Shown piece after piece: positions 8,681-18,070 of a stretch of DNA of 44,688 bases. The first letter of the stretch is position 1. Each line of letters opens with the position of its first letter. The notes below the pieces were generated by a model that was not told the origin of the DNA, searched no databases, and saw nothing but the letters and a program-made list of their open reading frames with translations. Origin of the DNA: an uncultured Gammaproteobacteria bacterium (lineage in GTDB: Bacteria; Patescibacteriota; Microgenomatia; Levybacterales; UBA12049). Made by a program: the position numbers and the translations under genes. The stretch spans positions 1 to 44,688 of the forward strand of contig CAZOHC010000006.1 in the NCBI GenBank assembly GCA_964579845.1, in the 5' to 3' direction.

Positions 8681-9823
8681 CTATCTCAGTCGATTTTGCA
8701 GTTCAAGCGATAGATCTTCGATAACTGATGTATACAATCCATTTTCTACCTGATTCGTGAGTTGCAGCGGATCCCCCTGAAGGTCATAGAATTCACGCTC
8801 ACCGCTTGCAAGCTCTGCATACATGAAATCCTTGGTTCGTATCGCATGATCTGTCTCAGCTGATCCTGAGGCCTGAGAAGGCATCTCATAGAAGAGACTC
8901 TGTCTTACGGGAACATCAGGCCTGGTAAAAAGCGGCAAGAGACTAATCCCCTCTGACTGAGGAGGCAATCCGACGAGCTGTCTGATCGTCGCTGCAATAT
9001 CACCGGTAGACGCTAATCCGGTCGTCAAACTACCTGCTTTGATGAAACGCGAGTATCGGATGAGAAGCGGAACACTGCGGCAGGAATCATACAAACAATC
9101 AGACCCAATCAGCCTGTGCTCACCGTATGATTTGCCCTGAAGCGCAGTGTACAAGACAACCGTATCTCTCTCCGATGTTCCGAGTGCTGAGAGAACACGT
9201 TGGACTGACCGGTCAATCTCCTGGAGGGCGCAGAGATCGGCTTTTTTACGCTCTGCAAGCTCGTCTAGCTGAGCTGAAGTGAGGACAGGAAGACGTCGTA
9301 CCTGACGCGGTTTATCAGAAACATCCGCTTCGTTCACTGCCGGATTCGGTACCACGACATAGTTCCCGCATATTTCCCGATCTTCCTCCAATACAGACGG
9401 AAAATTGATTGAGAGAAAAAACGGTGTTGTCACGGTGCGCAAGAATGAGAGGGCTTCTTCTGTTGCGTCAGTTGAAAGCAGCGTATAGTCAGAAGCAGCC
9501 AGATCAGTGACGAGGGATGAATCGTAGAGGGTCTCAGTCGCTCGGGAAGCAAAAGCTTGTGAGAAGGTCATGCCCTGCCCGCCTATCTCGTCCCGGACAA
9601 TAGGCATATATTCAAGCGTATCAGGAGATTGGGTCTGAACAGTCAGTAAAAGTATATTCGGTTTTGTCTGTCTTGTTTCAGATGCATTTTGCCTGGAATC
9701 CTGCCGTGAAAACGCGCCCAGCAACACAACAGGTAAAGACAGCGCCAGAGCCAAAACCATCACGACTCGCCTATGTTTTTTCGTGAATTTCGGTCTACCC
9801 TGTCCGTTCGTGGAAGCCGCCAT
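8681..9823 (-). CDS. Secreted sulfatase-fold-like protein with a degenerate active site
   Basis: Signal anchor, then KPNILLLTVQTQSPD where sulfatases have NIxxIxxDD. GEHRLIG..VPLLIRY and FYDLQGDPLQLTN resemble sulfatase C-terminal motifs. No C/S-x-P-x-R motif is present. Confidence 0.65.
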   Translation of the reverse strand: MAASTNGQGRPKFTKKHRRVVMVLALALSLPVVLLGAFSRQDSRQNASETRQTKPNILLLTVQTQSPDTLEYMPIVRDEIGGQGMTFSQAFASRATETLYDSSLVTDLAASDYTLLSTDATEEALSFLRTVTTPFFLSINFPSVLEEDREICGNYVVVPNPAVNEADVSDKPRQVRRLPVLTSAQLDELAERKKADLCALQEIDRSVQRVLSALGTSERDTVVLYTALQGKSYGEHRLIGSDCLYDSCRSVPLLIRYSRFIKAGSLTTGLASTGDIAATIRQLVGLPPQSEGISLLPLFTRPDVPVRQSLFYEMPSQASGSAETDHAIRTKDFMYAELASGEREFYDLQGDPLQLTNQVENGLYTSVIEDLSLELQNRLR

Positions 9824-9921
9824 AGTTTAACAGTAATAAAAAAGCGTCTGAAGTGTCAACTTTGCCCATGAATGACTGATGATTCATAGGTAATAACCGA
9901 AAGATGAGTTTTTTAGCCATG

Positions 9922-9953
9922 AAAAAGCCCCTCACCACGAATGGCGAGGGGCT
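9922..9953 (-). terminator. Rho-independent terminator after ORF 9980-10723
   Basis: Minus strand reads AGCCCCTC-gccattcgtggt-GAGGGGCT followed by TTTTTC. Confidence 0.7.
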
Positions 9954-9979
9954 TACGGGCCCTTTCTGAATTTCAGTTA

Positions 9980-10723
9980 TTAGTCATACGCGACCGGAGA
10001 TTCCGTATGGCTGGTGTCATCGTCGCCGACGATCATGCCAAACAGGCCATTCACCAGACTCGCTTCGAGCATACCCAACTGAAGGTGCTTCCGTTCAGCG
10101 AAGTAGAACCGGGCATGCCCGATCCAACAAGCGTTCAGGAATTCTGCAACGAAGCGCTCAGGAGCTACCATCAGCTCCCGCCGGGCGTTCTGTACTTCGG
10201 TATCAAAGTACGGCTCAGACGCTGAGAGCATCTCATTGACCAGTCGCTCCAAATCACGCGTCATATCCAATGCGTGAAAGCGCAGATTATCCTCCTCGGC
10301 GGGATAGAATGAGATATCCACGACGCCGTGGATCAAGCCGCAGTCGCACCCGCTCTTTTCAAGCGATGCCTGCAACTCCTCACTCGAAACCCAGAGATCT
10401 CCTCCTTCCGGGAGGAAATCAAATCCGGACTCCCCGGAAGCATTCTCCGGGTCCAGCTCTACCGGGATGTCACTGCAGGTGACAAGAACCCGCACATCCC
10501 TACCGAAGGGATTGCGAATCCCGAAGCTGGGAACCTGCCTATCAGGCAGGTGGTACATGGGTTTAGGAGCGAGTGGCAATGAAATCGTCGAAAGCTCCTG
10601 TTCGCCTTCGAAGACATGCAGATTGAGCTCTTCCGTAGTGGGCACATATGCCGGTACTCCCAGCTCGTTCCACTTAATATTCATCGCGATCTGAACTCCT
10701 TTTTCTACCACTGACCGTTCCAT
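9980..10723 (-). CDS. Hypothetical cytoplasmic protein (247 aa), visibly G+C-richer than its neighbours
   Basis: Long ORF followed by its own terminator. No motif was recognised. Confidence 0.6.
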   Translation of the reverse strand: MERSVVEKGVQIAMNIKWNELGVPAYVPTTEELNLHVFEGEQELSTISLPLAPKPMYHLPDRQVPSFGIRNPFGRDVRVLVTCSDIPVELDPENASGESGFDFLPEGGDLWVSSEELQASLEKSGCDCGLIHGVVDISFYPAEEDNLRFHALDMTRDLERLVNEMLSASEPYFDTEVQNARRELMVAPERFVAEFLNACWIGHARFYFAERKHLQLGMLEASLVNGLFGMIVGDDDTSHTESPVAYD

Positions 10724-10963
10724 CCGAACGGCTCTCTACCCCGATCATATCGGGACACAAAGCCGGTCAGATGAAAATAGCTTTACATAACTGAAATGAA
10801 AAGTGCGAAATCCTACCTGCAGTGAGGCGAAAAAACGAATAATTCTTGCGCACGACAAATAAGGGGGTCAGTATACCAAAAAATAGTGCGGAAAACAATG
10901 TTATAGGACAATATTCTGTTTATTGAAGGAGTGCAATTCCGGAGCTCTGAAGCTCAATAACTG

Positions 10964-11036
10964 TGGACCGTATCGGATTCGAACCGACGACCTTTCGCAT
11001 GCCATGCGAACGCTCTACCAACTGAGCTAACGGCCC
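10964..11036 (-). tRNA. tRNA-Ala (anticodon GGC), CCA not encoded
   Basis: Reverse complement is GGGCCGUUAGCUCAGUUGGUAGAGCGUUCGCAUGGCAUGCGAAAGGUCGUCGGUUCGAAUCCGAUACGGUCCA. It folds as a cloverleaf with a 7-nt anticodon loop AUGGCAU, the G3:U70 alanine identity pair and a GGUUCGAAUCC T-arm. Confidence 0.9.
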
Positions 11037-11088
11037 AGGTAAGTGCAGGCGGTGCTATGGAGGTACGCTACCATTGCGCCACTAGCCC
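11037..11088 (-). other. tRNA-like 5' fragment (acceptor and D-arm only) abutting tRNA-Ala
   Basis: Minus strand reads GGGCUAGUGGCGCAAUGGUAGCGUACCUCCAUAGCACC... A D-arm is recognisable, but there is no pairing anticodon stem and no T-arm. Confidence 0.3.
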
Positions 11089-11154
11089 AAAAAGAATACT
11101 GTTACCGGCCTGGGACGTTTGACGTCCTAGACCACGGGCCCGAAGGAAGTATTC
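11089..11154 (-). terminator. Long hairpin plus U5 terminator after the LytR_C gene
   Basis: Minus strand has GAAUACU..AGUAUUC closing an inner GGUCUAGGACG-ucaaa-CGUCCCAGGCC hairpin, followed by UUUUU. Confidence 0.55.
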
Positions 11155-11231
11155 TAGAGTATAAAGGGGAAAGTATAAAGTAGCAAGCAAGAAACCTCTA
11201 TCCTTCATACTGTATACCGGTCCCTTACCTC

Positions 11232-12041
11232 TTACTCAGTTTTATAGTTGTCTCCGAGGATAATGAGGATAGCTCCTTCAGGCTTCTTTTCACCTTCAGG
11301 GAATGAGACCGCTTTCCCACCGATGAGTTTGGCCAGTGCATCAGCATGTGCTTTCTGCTTGCCGGTCGTATCGATGACGATAGTTTCTTTGTAATCTTTG
11401 AGTGAATTGCTCTGTTCGACAACGGTTGCCAGTTCATAGTCAGATTTCAGCTTCGTTGCGGCATTTCGTGCGAGGCCTGCACGCTTGGTCCCGTTATAGA
11501 CTGAGACTTCAACAGGTGTGTTTTTCGCTGTGTCTTTTGTATCTGTTCCTTCGAGTTCTGCTGAATCCGAAGCTGACGCGACTTCTGAATCGTCGATGTT
11601 CACCGGCCCGACATCAATAATTTTTTCAGTTGACGGACGGTACAGGATCGCTTTCTTTGCTTTCTGATAAATGAGCACCTTGTCACCGTTTTCGGCACTG
11701 TGGAAGAACTGCTGGTCTTTTAACTTCGTGACATCTGAGACGGTTGCGATAGTCGGTTCTTCATCCAGGGGGAGCTCCATGAGGCTGCCTACCTGCTTGA
11801 TCAACACATCAGGTTCAGATGGAAGATTTACCTGAGCATTAACTTTTTTCTGGAATGTATAGTATTGGTACGCAGCTACACCCGCAACGATAACGACGAG
11901 GAGAACGATCACGACCCCACCGACTTTGACGAAAAGCGGAAGACCTTGATTCTCTGTGACGGCTGCCGGAGCGGCTTTATCCTGATGGAACTGCTTCTTC
12001 GCCATACCCTCTATCATAATCAATGTTCCCGGAGAGTTCAA
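11232..12041 (-). CDS. Membrane-anchored LytR_C-domain protein
   Basis: N-terminal TM helix (LFVKVGGVVIVLLVVIVAGVAAY). The C-terminal ~90 aa (VSVYNGTKRAGLARNAATKLK..IVIDTTGKQKAHADALAKLIGGKAV..ILIILGDNY) fit the LytR_C pattern. The start is uncertain: TTG 12041 or ATG 12005. Confidence 0.75.
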   Translation of the reverse strand: MNSPGTLIMIEGMAKKQFHQDKAAPAAVTENQGLPLFVKVGGVVIVLLVVIVAGVAAYQYYTFQKKVNAQVNLPSEPDVLIKQVGSLMELPLDEEPTIATVSDVTKLKDQQFFHSAENGDKVLIYQKAKKAILYRPSTEKIIDVGPVNIDDSEVASASDSAELEGTDTKDTAKNTPVEVSVYNGTKRAGLARNAATKLKSDYELATVVEQSNSLKDYKETIVIDTTGKQKAHADALAKLIGGKAVSFPEGEKKPEGAILIILGDNYKTE

Positions 12042-12055
12042 GAAGAAAAATAAGC

Positions 12056-12091
12056 AAAAAAAATGGCCGGCAGGGACGAACCCTACCGGCC
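12056..12091 (-). terminator. Rho-independent terminator after ORF 12148-13299
   Basis: Minus strand reads GGCCGGUAGGG-uucgu-CCCUGCCGGCC followed by AUUUUUUUU. Confidence 0.7.
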
Positions 12092-12147
12092 GGATCGCAC
12101 ATACTACCGTTTTTAGGTACCATGCACGAATATCGTGGAACTGTTAG

Positions 12148-13299
12148 TTAGACGTTCCTTGTCACGCTCAGTGCGGTCTTGGTGAGCGTGTTCGCTTTTC
12201 CGACTTCAGGCAGAAGCCTTCGAGGATTGCGATACCAGGCCGTGATCAGAATGATCTTGGCCTTACCACCCGCCCGACGGTACGTCTTACTGCCCTTCAC
12301 AACCTTTTTGTGGAAGGCATTGCCGGACGCACGACCTCCACCGCTTGAGGTCATGGTGAGACCAAAGGTGGTCCCTCTGAGCTTGCGCTTGCCCCACTTC
12401 TCGGCTTCGATCGCCTTATCGTACTTGGGACCTGCACTTTCAAACGGCATGTCCAAGATGGCGAAATCGAGCCGGTAGCGGCGCCTCTTCAACGCCCGAG
12501 CCAGAATCACGTAGGTACGCTTGTACGCGCCGCCCTGCTTGGTAGCAGAAGCATCGTAGAGTCCGATCCGGATTCCGGGGAACTGCTTCTTCATGTACTG
12601 GAAGTACCGGACGATCGAACTGATCTTCTTCCCGGTACTCATCCCCCGACAGCCGGTGACCGAATCCTTCGACAGCGCCGACTGGAGGGCGAGGTAACTT
12701 ACCCTGCCTCCAAGGCGCTCAATACGACGGATCAGATCAGCCTCTCGGTACATGAGCTGTTTCCGATCGCCGCAGGTCAAAGTCGCCCCAACAGCGTTGA
12801 GGGCGATCTTGATGTTAAACCGCTTCAGGACCTCGATGATCCGAGCCAACTCCTCATCAGACAATCCGGTGAGGTAGTTTACCCGGAACATGTACACATC
12901 CATCCGAGATCGGAGGCGTGCCCATTGCTTCAATCCTGCGTCAGAAAACATCCGAGACGCATCAGGCTGGACTCTACCCGATCCTCCCAGGTTGTTATCC
13001 TGGAACCAGATCTGAGCTTTGCTTCCTCTACCTGACTTCCGACGGCCTTTGTTCGGGCCTTTGTTCGGCCCTTTCTTCCGGCCGTTTTTCCGGCCCTTCT
13101 TTGAGCCGTTTTTCTTTCGGCGACCTTTTTTCTTCGCATCTGCAGAGAACACTTGGAACGCGGACAACAATCCACCTACCAAGGCTGAGACGAAAGCCCG
13201 CTTCGAAAGCGGAGCGTTCGCAATCTCCTCAAGCCCCGTCAGGGCGCTCGAGGTGTTAACACGGCGAAAGTAATTCTCAAGCCGTTCATGAAGGCCCAT
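12148..13299 (-). CDS. Hypothetical exported protein with a Tat-like signal and a Lys/Arg/Gly-rich linker
   Basis: 383 aa. It has SKRAFVSALVGGLLSAFQVFSA, then KKKGRRKKNGSKKGRKNGRKKGPNKGPNKGRRKSGRGSK, then a ~280 aa globular part. It is G+C-rich relative to its flanks. Confidence 0.65.
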   Translation of the reverse strand: MGLHERLENYFRRVNTSSALTGLEEIANAPLSKRAFVSALVGGLLSAFQVFSADAKKKGRRKKNGSKKGRKNGRKKGPNKGPNKGRRKSGRGSKAQIWFQDNNLGGSGRVQPDASRMFSDAGLKQWARLRSRMDVYMFRVNYLTGLSDEELARIIEVLKRFNIKIALNAVGATLTCGDRKQLMYREADLIRRIERLGGRVSYLALQSALSKDSVTGCRGMSTGKKISSIVRYFQYMKKQFPGIRIGLYDASATKQGGAYKRTYVILARALKRRRYRLDFAILDMPFESAGPKYDKAIEAEKWGKRKLRGTTFGLTMTSSGGGRASGNAFHKKVVKGSKTYRRAGGKAKIILITAWYRNPRRLLPEVGKANTLTKTALSVTRNV

Positions 13300-13744
13300 G
13301 TGAGTCTCCTTTGACTAGAATACTGACTAACGTTCGCAGAGAGATGAACCTGACATAACAGATAACCTTCGACTCACGCCGAAAGCCGTCTGTTACGCCC
13401 GGATAACTCTCTACGAAGGATTTTTAAGGTGCAAAAAGCCCAAATGCGTTATTTGGGTCTTGTCATTGTATAAAATTCCTTTCGTTTTGTCAATATTATA
13501 GGATTATTTTGGGAACGGCTAAAATGAGGAATGTGTGGGTATGAAGTGTATATAATGGGGCCCTGTTTTATTGTACTATCCCTTTTCGCAGGAGCCAACA
13601 TCAGTTTAGCTGCTCCGAAAAAGGGCCTACTTGTCCTGTCATGCCGTTACGCATCAAATGACGACGCGTATTTGTCATCATGATACGCTAACCGATATGT
13701 TCACCAGAACGTTCGGCCTCGCCTCTCCTACACAGATATATGAG

Positions 13745-13767
13745 CCCGGACAGCTTTGCTGTCCGGG
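13745..13767 (-). terminator. Terminator-like hairpin just after the TAG stop of ORF 13784-14380 (no clear U tract)
   Basis: CCCGGACAGC-ttt-GCTGTCCGGG, a 10-bp perfect stem. Confidence 0.35.
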
Positions 13768-13783
13768 CAAAACCTACCGAAAA

Positions 13784-14380
13784 CTAGCAGCCGCAGCCCC
13801 CCACGATGCCGGGGCCACCGATCCCGGTTCCGGTGCCGGTGTTGTACTGAGTAGCGTTACCGCCACGTGAGATGCCGGTGTTGTTACTCCCGCCGGAAGC
13901 ATCTGCGATCGCGGTGCCGCCGGAAGCATCGACCTCGATATTCGTCGAGTTCGATGAGTAACCGCCGTAAACATCCAGATAGACGGGCGCGCCTGTGCTC
14001 CCACCCTTCCCATACTTGGACGGGTAGGACGATGCGGTCTCGACCGAAACGTTCGTCACGTTACCGGTATTGAAGCCGGAGTTGATGTCGCCGAACACAA
14101 CGTCACCGCCATTGGCAGTCGCCGTGGCTTCGCCACCATTGCCGACGGAAACGTCGCCGGCATCACCAGCAACGTTGCGGTTGTGATCAGCAGAGCCGGA
14201 ACCGAATCCCGGGCCACCGATCCCGAGGTCAAAATCGAGATTGCAGTTGTGCAGCCCGACACAGTCCCCGATGTCAGGGTACTGCGGAGGATATTCGCCT
14301 GCAAGCGCAGGTGTCGTAAATCCCAGCAGTGCGACGAGCGAAACGGCCACAAAAATCGCCGGCATCGTTAGCTTGCGCAT
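13784..14380 (-). CDS. Secreted Gly/Asn/Ser-rich protein ending in GGCGC
   Basis: ATG 14380 is preceded by GGAGAGGG. The signal peptide is MRKLTMPAIFVAVSLVALLGFTTPALA and the mature part is low-complexity. The ORF track starts 30 nt further upstream (14410). Confidence 0.6.
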   Translation of the reverse strand: MRKLTMPAIFVAVSLVALLGFTTPALAGEYPPQYPDIGDCVGLHNCNLDFDLGIGGPGFGSGSADHNRNVAGDAGDVSVGNGGEATATANGGDVVFGDINSGFNTGNVTNVSVETASSYPSKYGKGGSTGAPVYLDVYGGYSSNSTNIEVDASGGTAIADASGGSNNTGISRGGNATQYNTGTGTGIGGPGIVGGCGC

Positions 14381-14993
14381 GAAAGTCCCTCTCCTGGTTG
14401 TACCGGGCACTACCGTGGAAGCTCACGGTAATACATACGACAAACGCTGCCGTATGATTGCTGTCCGATCGGGTCTCATAACGAGACTGCGTACGAGGTA
14501 GTTCCCTCCTGAACCCTACGCATCATCCGATTGGCCGAAGCCCGATAGAAAAAATGGTTCTTGATTAATATCTAATCACTAAATACTAATTTCGAAATAA
14601 TTCCCAATTTATAATTCGATAACTGGCAATTACGTTCTAATTTCTTCCATTGGGCTTGAGCCAAAAGGAGTATGCAGTAATCCATCAGGAGGAAAACATG
14701 TGTAGTCGTAGAGAGACGATCCGAGGATAAATACGAATGATAAGTCAGATTATAATTAAGAACAGAGCATGTCGTCTTCTTGCTTATCTCTTATTCTCAC
14801 TTACTGCATTATCCCCGAAGAACTCTCTACGAAAATCTTCATATCAAAGAACAGCACTCATTTTCTTTCGTAAAAATAGCCACGATTCGCGGAGTCTAGT
14901 TGAAATCGAAGCAGATTGCAGTAAGGTATCTCACAAAATTAATTTTGCATCGCTTCTTTCATGTGAGAAGCGATATGCTACGATGAAATCAGC

Positions 14994-17648
14994 ATGAAAT
15001 TCCTGCCTATTGTTATCGTTGTGTTAGGTTGCTTCCTGACGTTCTTCACAGCGCCTGCTGACGCGGCAAAGCTGAACAATACCTTGGTTCGTTTGGACAG
15101 ACTGACACCCCAGACAGCACTTTCAGGATTAATTTGCGCCACACCGTCTGCTGCTGATTCAGGAACAGAAGGACGGATCGCCGTAACGTTTCCCCTGGAC
15201 TTCTCACTCAGTACTCTCAGTACGAACTGGACGACTGAGACGACAAACCTCCCGGCAGGCAGCACACCGTGGCCCGGAATCAGTAACACGGCACAGACAG
15301 TTTCCGGAACCACCGTCACATTCGCAAGTACCAACCTCACCTCAGAAACAGCTGACTACTGCTTCCGCTTTACCGGTATTGACTCGGCAACAGGAGCGAC
15401 GGGATCAAAACAGGCAACGATCGTGACACAGACTGCAGGAGGGACAGAAATAGACTCCAATACAATCGGCATGACAATCACTGATGACCGGATTCGCGTG
15501 ACGGGAAAGATTGCTGCCAGACCACAGGATTACTCAGTACAACTGACAAAGGTATCAGGCGGCGATACCTTCGCTCAGGATGCGGAGATCACCTATGAGC
15601 TGACATATGAGTCCTACCTCGCATATGCTGCACCGGTCACGCTTGAAGCCGGATGGACACAAGCAACCGGCGGAATTGAGCTGCTCGCCTATGTCAATGG
15701 GAGTGCGACGAAAGCATACGCGAATACTGTTCCTGTTATTGATACTGAGAATCGCCGAATTACCTGGACGATTCCCACGCTGCCTGCAGGAGCATCAGGA
15801 TCCGTCAGGTTTGCACTAAAAACAACTGACAGGTACCAAGGGCTTAAGACGCTTGATTTTACCGTCAACGGACGATTGTTGAGTGAGGATACTGCGACAC
15901 CGTATAGCTCGATTACCAAACAATACCTCTATGTGATCCCGACACCTGACCCGAACCGTCCGACGGCAACACCGGGGATAACGATCACACCGACACCGCT
16001 TCCTCGTGCGTTTGCTCTGGAATCACTGCAGTTAAGACGCATCACCGCAACTGAGGTTGATCTTTTTCTCAGATCCTCAGAGCCGTCTACCGTATTGATC
16101 CGCTATGGTACTTCACCGGGCAATCTCTCAGAACAACTAGTCAGCCTGAATCCCGCAATCAACCAGACAGTAACGCTCGGGAATCTGACACCAAACACCA
16201 GATATTATTTTACCGTGACACTCACGAATCAACGACGGATGCGATTGCTTTCTGACACCTATACATTTACCACCGCCAAAGTTTCCCGCCTGCCTGCTAT
16301 TTCACGTGACTCACTGATCATAACGTCAGGGAATACCGTGATATTTACCCCTGACTACAGACAGTATACCGGCGGAAAAAACGTTATCATCGTGCCTGCC
16401 GGGAAACAGTTTGAGCTCCAATTCGGACTGACGGAAGAACACACCATCAGATCGCTCAACCTCCACATCAGGTCACAATCCGGTGAGAGCATCGACATGG
16501 CACCGATGTTTGAGCTGAAGCCTGATATTTACACGAGCAGATTACCGGGGAAAACGATTCCGGGTATGTATGAGATCTTGGCTGAACTTCGTGACTACAA
16601 CGGAAACATGATCGAGCAGGGCGTTTCAGACCTGAAAGTTTCCCGCCCGTTCCGGATTATCAGTCAGCGAACCGGAAAACCGATTGAAAAAGCGAAAATC
16701 ACACTCGAGCGTTACAATGAAAAAACCCGAGTCTATGAGCCGATCTCACAAAACTTCCTCGCCATCACGAACCCTGCCTACTCAAACAGAGACGGCATCG
16801 TCGATGTCGTTCTGCCTGTCGGAAAATATCGTGCGATTGTCGAGGAATTTACCAAGGTGAATCAGACTGTCGAATTTACACTCGGTATTCACCCTGATGA
16901 AGACTATCCCACCGTTGCCCTGGATGATGCACCGTTCAGCCTAATGAACAGCATGCGCTACCTGTTGTCTGCATTTTCAGATACCTTCTCACTCGTGACC
17001 GGTGTCGGACTGTACCTATTCGGATCTGAGCGATTTCTGCACATTCTCGGTTTCCTCGCAGCAATAACATTTACCCTGCTCTCCGTTATCGCGCTCAGTG
17101 AAAAAGTGAAAATTAAGCCACACAAACTCTTCCCGTACTTCCGCTCACTGCTACAAGTTCATCGGGCAGAGGAAAAAACCCACCGATATCGCGGCAGAGT
17201 CACGAACGGAGAAACCGGATCCCCGTTGGTAGGGGTTGATCTCTTTGTCACTGATCCGGAAACAGGAAAAACACGCTTTCATACGAAAACCAATACAACA
17301 GGCAGGTTTCAGATTATGCTTCCGCCGAAAGCGAACTACACACTCCGACTGGAAAAAGTCAACTATCACGCGTCAGAGTTCCCGCTCAGGCTTTTTGTAG
17401 AAGATGAAGAACAGCAGTTTACCCTCCTGAACCATCAAGCAGGAAACTACACGCAACAAAGAATTCTCAAGTTGCTCAGAGAGCTTCTGGGTGTATCATT
17501 TGAAGCATGTCTCATTATTGCAGTAATCCTCTCAGTCGTAATGACTTTCACCCTAGGACTCATGCCTGTTCTCCCGCTCCTCACCGTCGCTCTCTTCAAT
17601 ATGATCTTCTGGACACTCCATACCTTGCACCTACATGAGGGAGAATGA
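14994..17648 (+). CDS. Large surface protein: shared N-terminal module, DUF11-like and FN3-like domains, CarboxypepD_reg-like domain and C-terminal TM helices
   Basis: 884 aa with a signal peptide. The N-terminal ~150 aa are paralogous to ORF 27813-28937. It has an FN3-like RITATEVDLFLRSSEPSTVLIRYGTSPGNL..LTPNTRYYF segment, RGRVTNGETGSPLVGVDLFVTD..TGRFQIMLPP, and several C-terminal TM segments. Confidence 0.8.
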   Translation: MKFLPIVIVVLGCFLTFFTAPADAAKLNNTLVRLDRLTPQTALSGLICATPSAADSGTEGRIAVTFPLDFSLSTLSTNWTTETTNLPAGSTPWPGISNTAQTVSGTTVTFASTNLTSETADYCFRFTGIDSATGATGSKQATIVTQTAGGTEIDSNTIGMTITDDRIRVTGKIAARPQDYSVQLTKVSGGDTFAQDAEITYELTYESYLAYAAPVTLEAGWTQATGGIELLAYVNGSATKAYANTVPVIDTENRRITWTIPTLPAGASGSVRFALKTTDRYQGLKTLDFTVNGRLLSEDTATPYSSITKQYLYVIPTPDPNRPTATPGITITPTPLPRAFALESLQLRRITATEVDLFLRSSEPSTVLIRYGTSPGNLSEQLVSLNPAINQTVTLGNLTPNTRYYFTVTLTNQRRMRLLSDTYTFTTAKVSRLPAISRDSLIITSGNTVIFTPDYRQYTGGKNVIIVPAGKQFELQFGLTEEHTIRSLNLHIRSQSGESIDMAPMFELKPDIYTSRLPGKTIPGMYEILAELRDYNGNMIEQGVSDLKVSRPFRIISQRTGKPIEKAKITLERYNEKTRVYEPISQNFLAITNPAYSNRDGIVDVVLPVGKYRAIVEEFTKVNQTVEFTLGIHPDEDYPTVALDDAPFSLMNSMRYLLSAFSDTFSLVTGVGLYLFGSERFLHILGFLAAITFTLLSVIALSEKVKIKPHKLFPYFRSLLQVHRAEEKTHRYRGRVTNGETGSPLVGVDLFVTDPETGKTRFHTKTNTTGRFQIMLPPKANYTLRLEKVNYHASEFPLRLFVEDEEQQFTLLNHQAGNYTQQRILKLLRELLGVSFEACLIIAVILSVVMTFTLGLMPVLPLLTVALFNMIFWTLHTLHLHEGE

Positions 17649-18034
17649 ATCCAATAATATCAGGAAATGCTTGACGGCTAATGATGAACAGGAAGACAGC
17701 ACCACAAGGGATATTCCGGAATCGTGAGAAGGCTGCCTTTACCCTTCGCGTTACTTCTCCACAACACATACCGGAATAATCCCCTGCGGAGTCTTTCGGA
17801 GAGCATGAATTACGTGCGGAGCGTCTGAGGTGAGATAGCAGTCATTATTCTACAGAGGGCTCACCGAATACCTGCAGTCTTTGCCATTGATGAAAATGAA
17901 CACGTAATTATGGTCCGTTTCTCATAAAGACCTCCCTTCCCAATACACCGACAGGATCTTCAGATAATCAAAAAATATAAATAATAAATAGTTAGTCATA
18001 CGGTTACATCTTTTTTATTGACTGCATTAATTTT

Positions 18035-18060
18035 CAATTTTAAATTTGAAATTTTCATTG
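18035..18060. repeat. Left inverted repeat flanking the four-helix-bundle gene
   Basis: The reverse complement of caattttaaatttgaaattttcattg shares tgaaaatttcaaatt plus flanking bases with 18461-18482. Confidence 0.6.
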
Positions 18061-18070
18061 AATTCATTTT

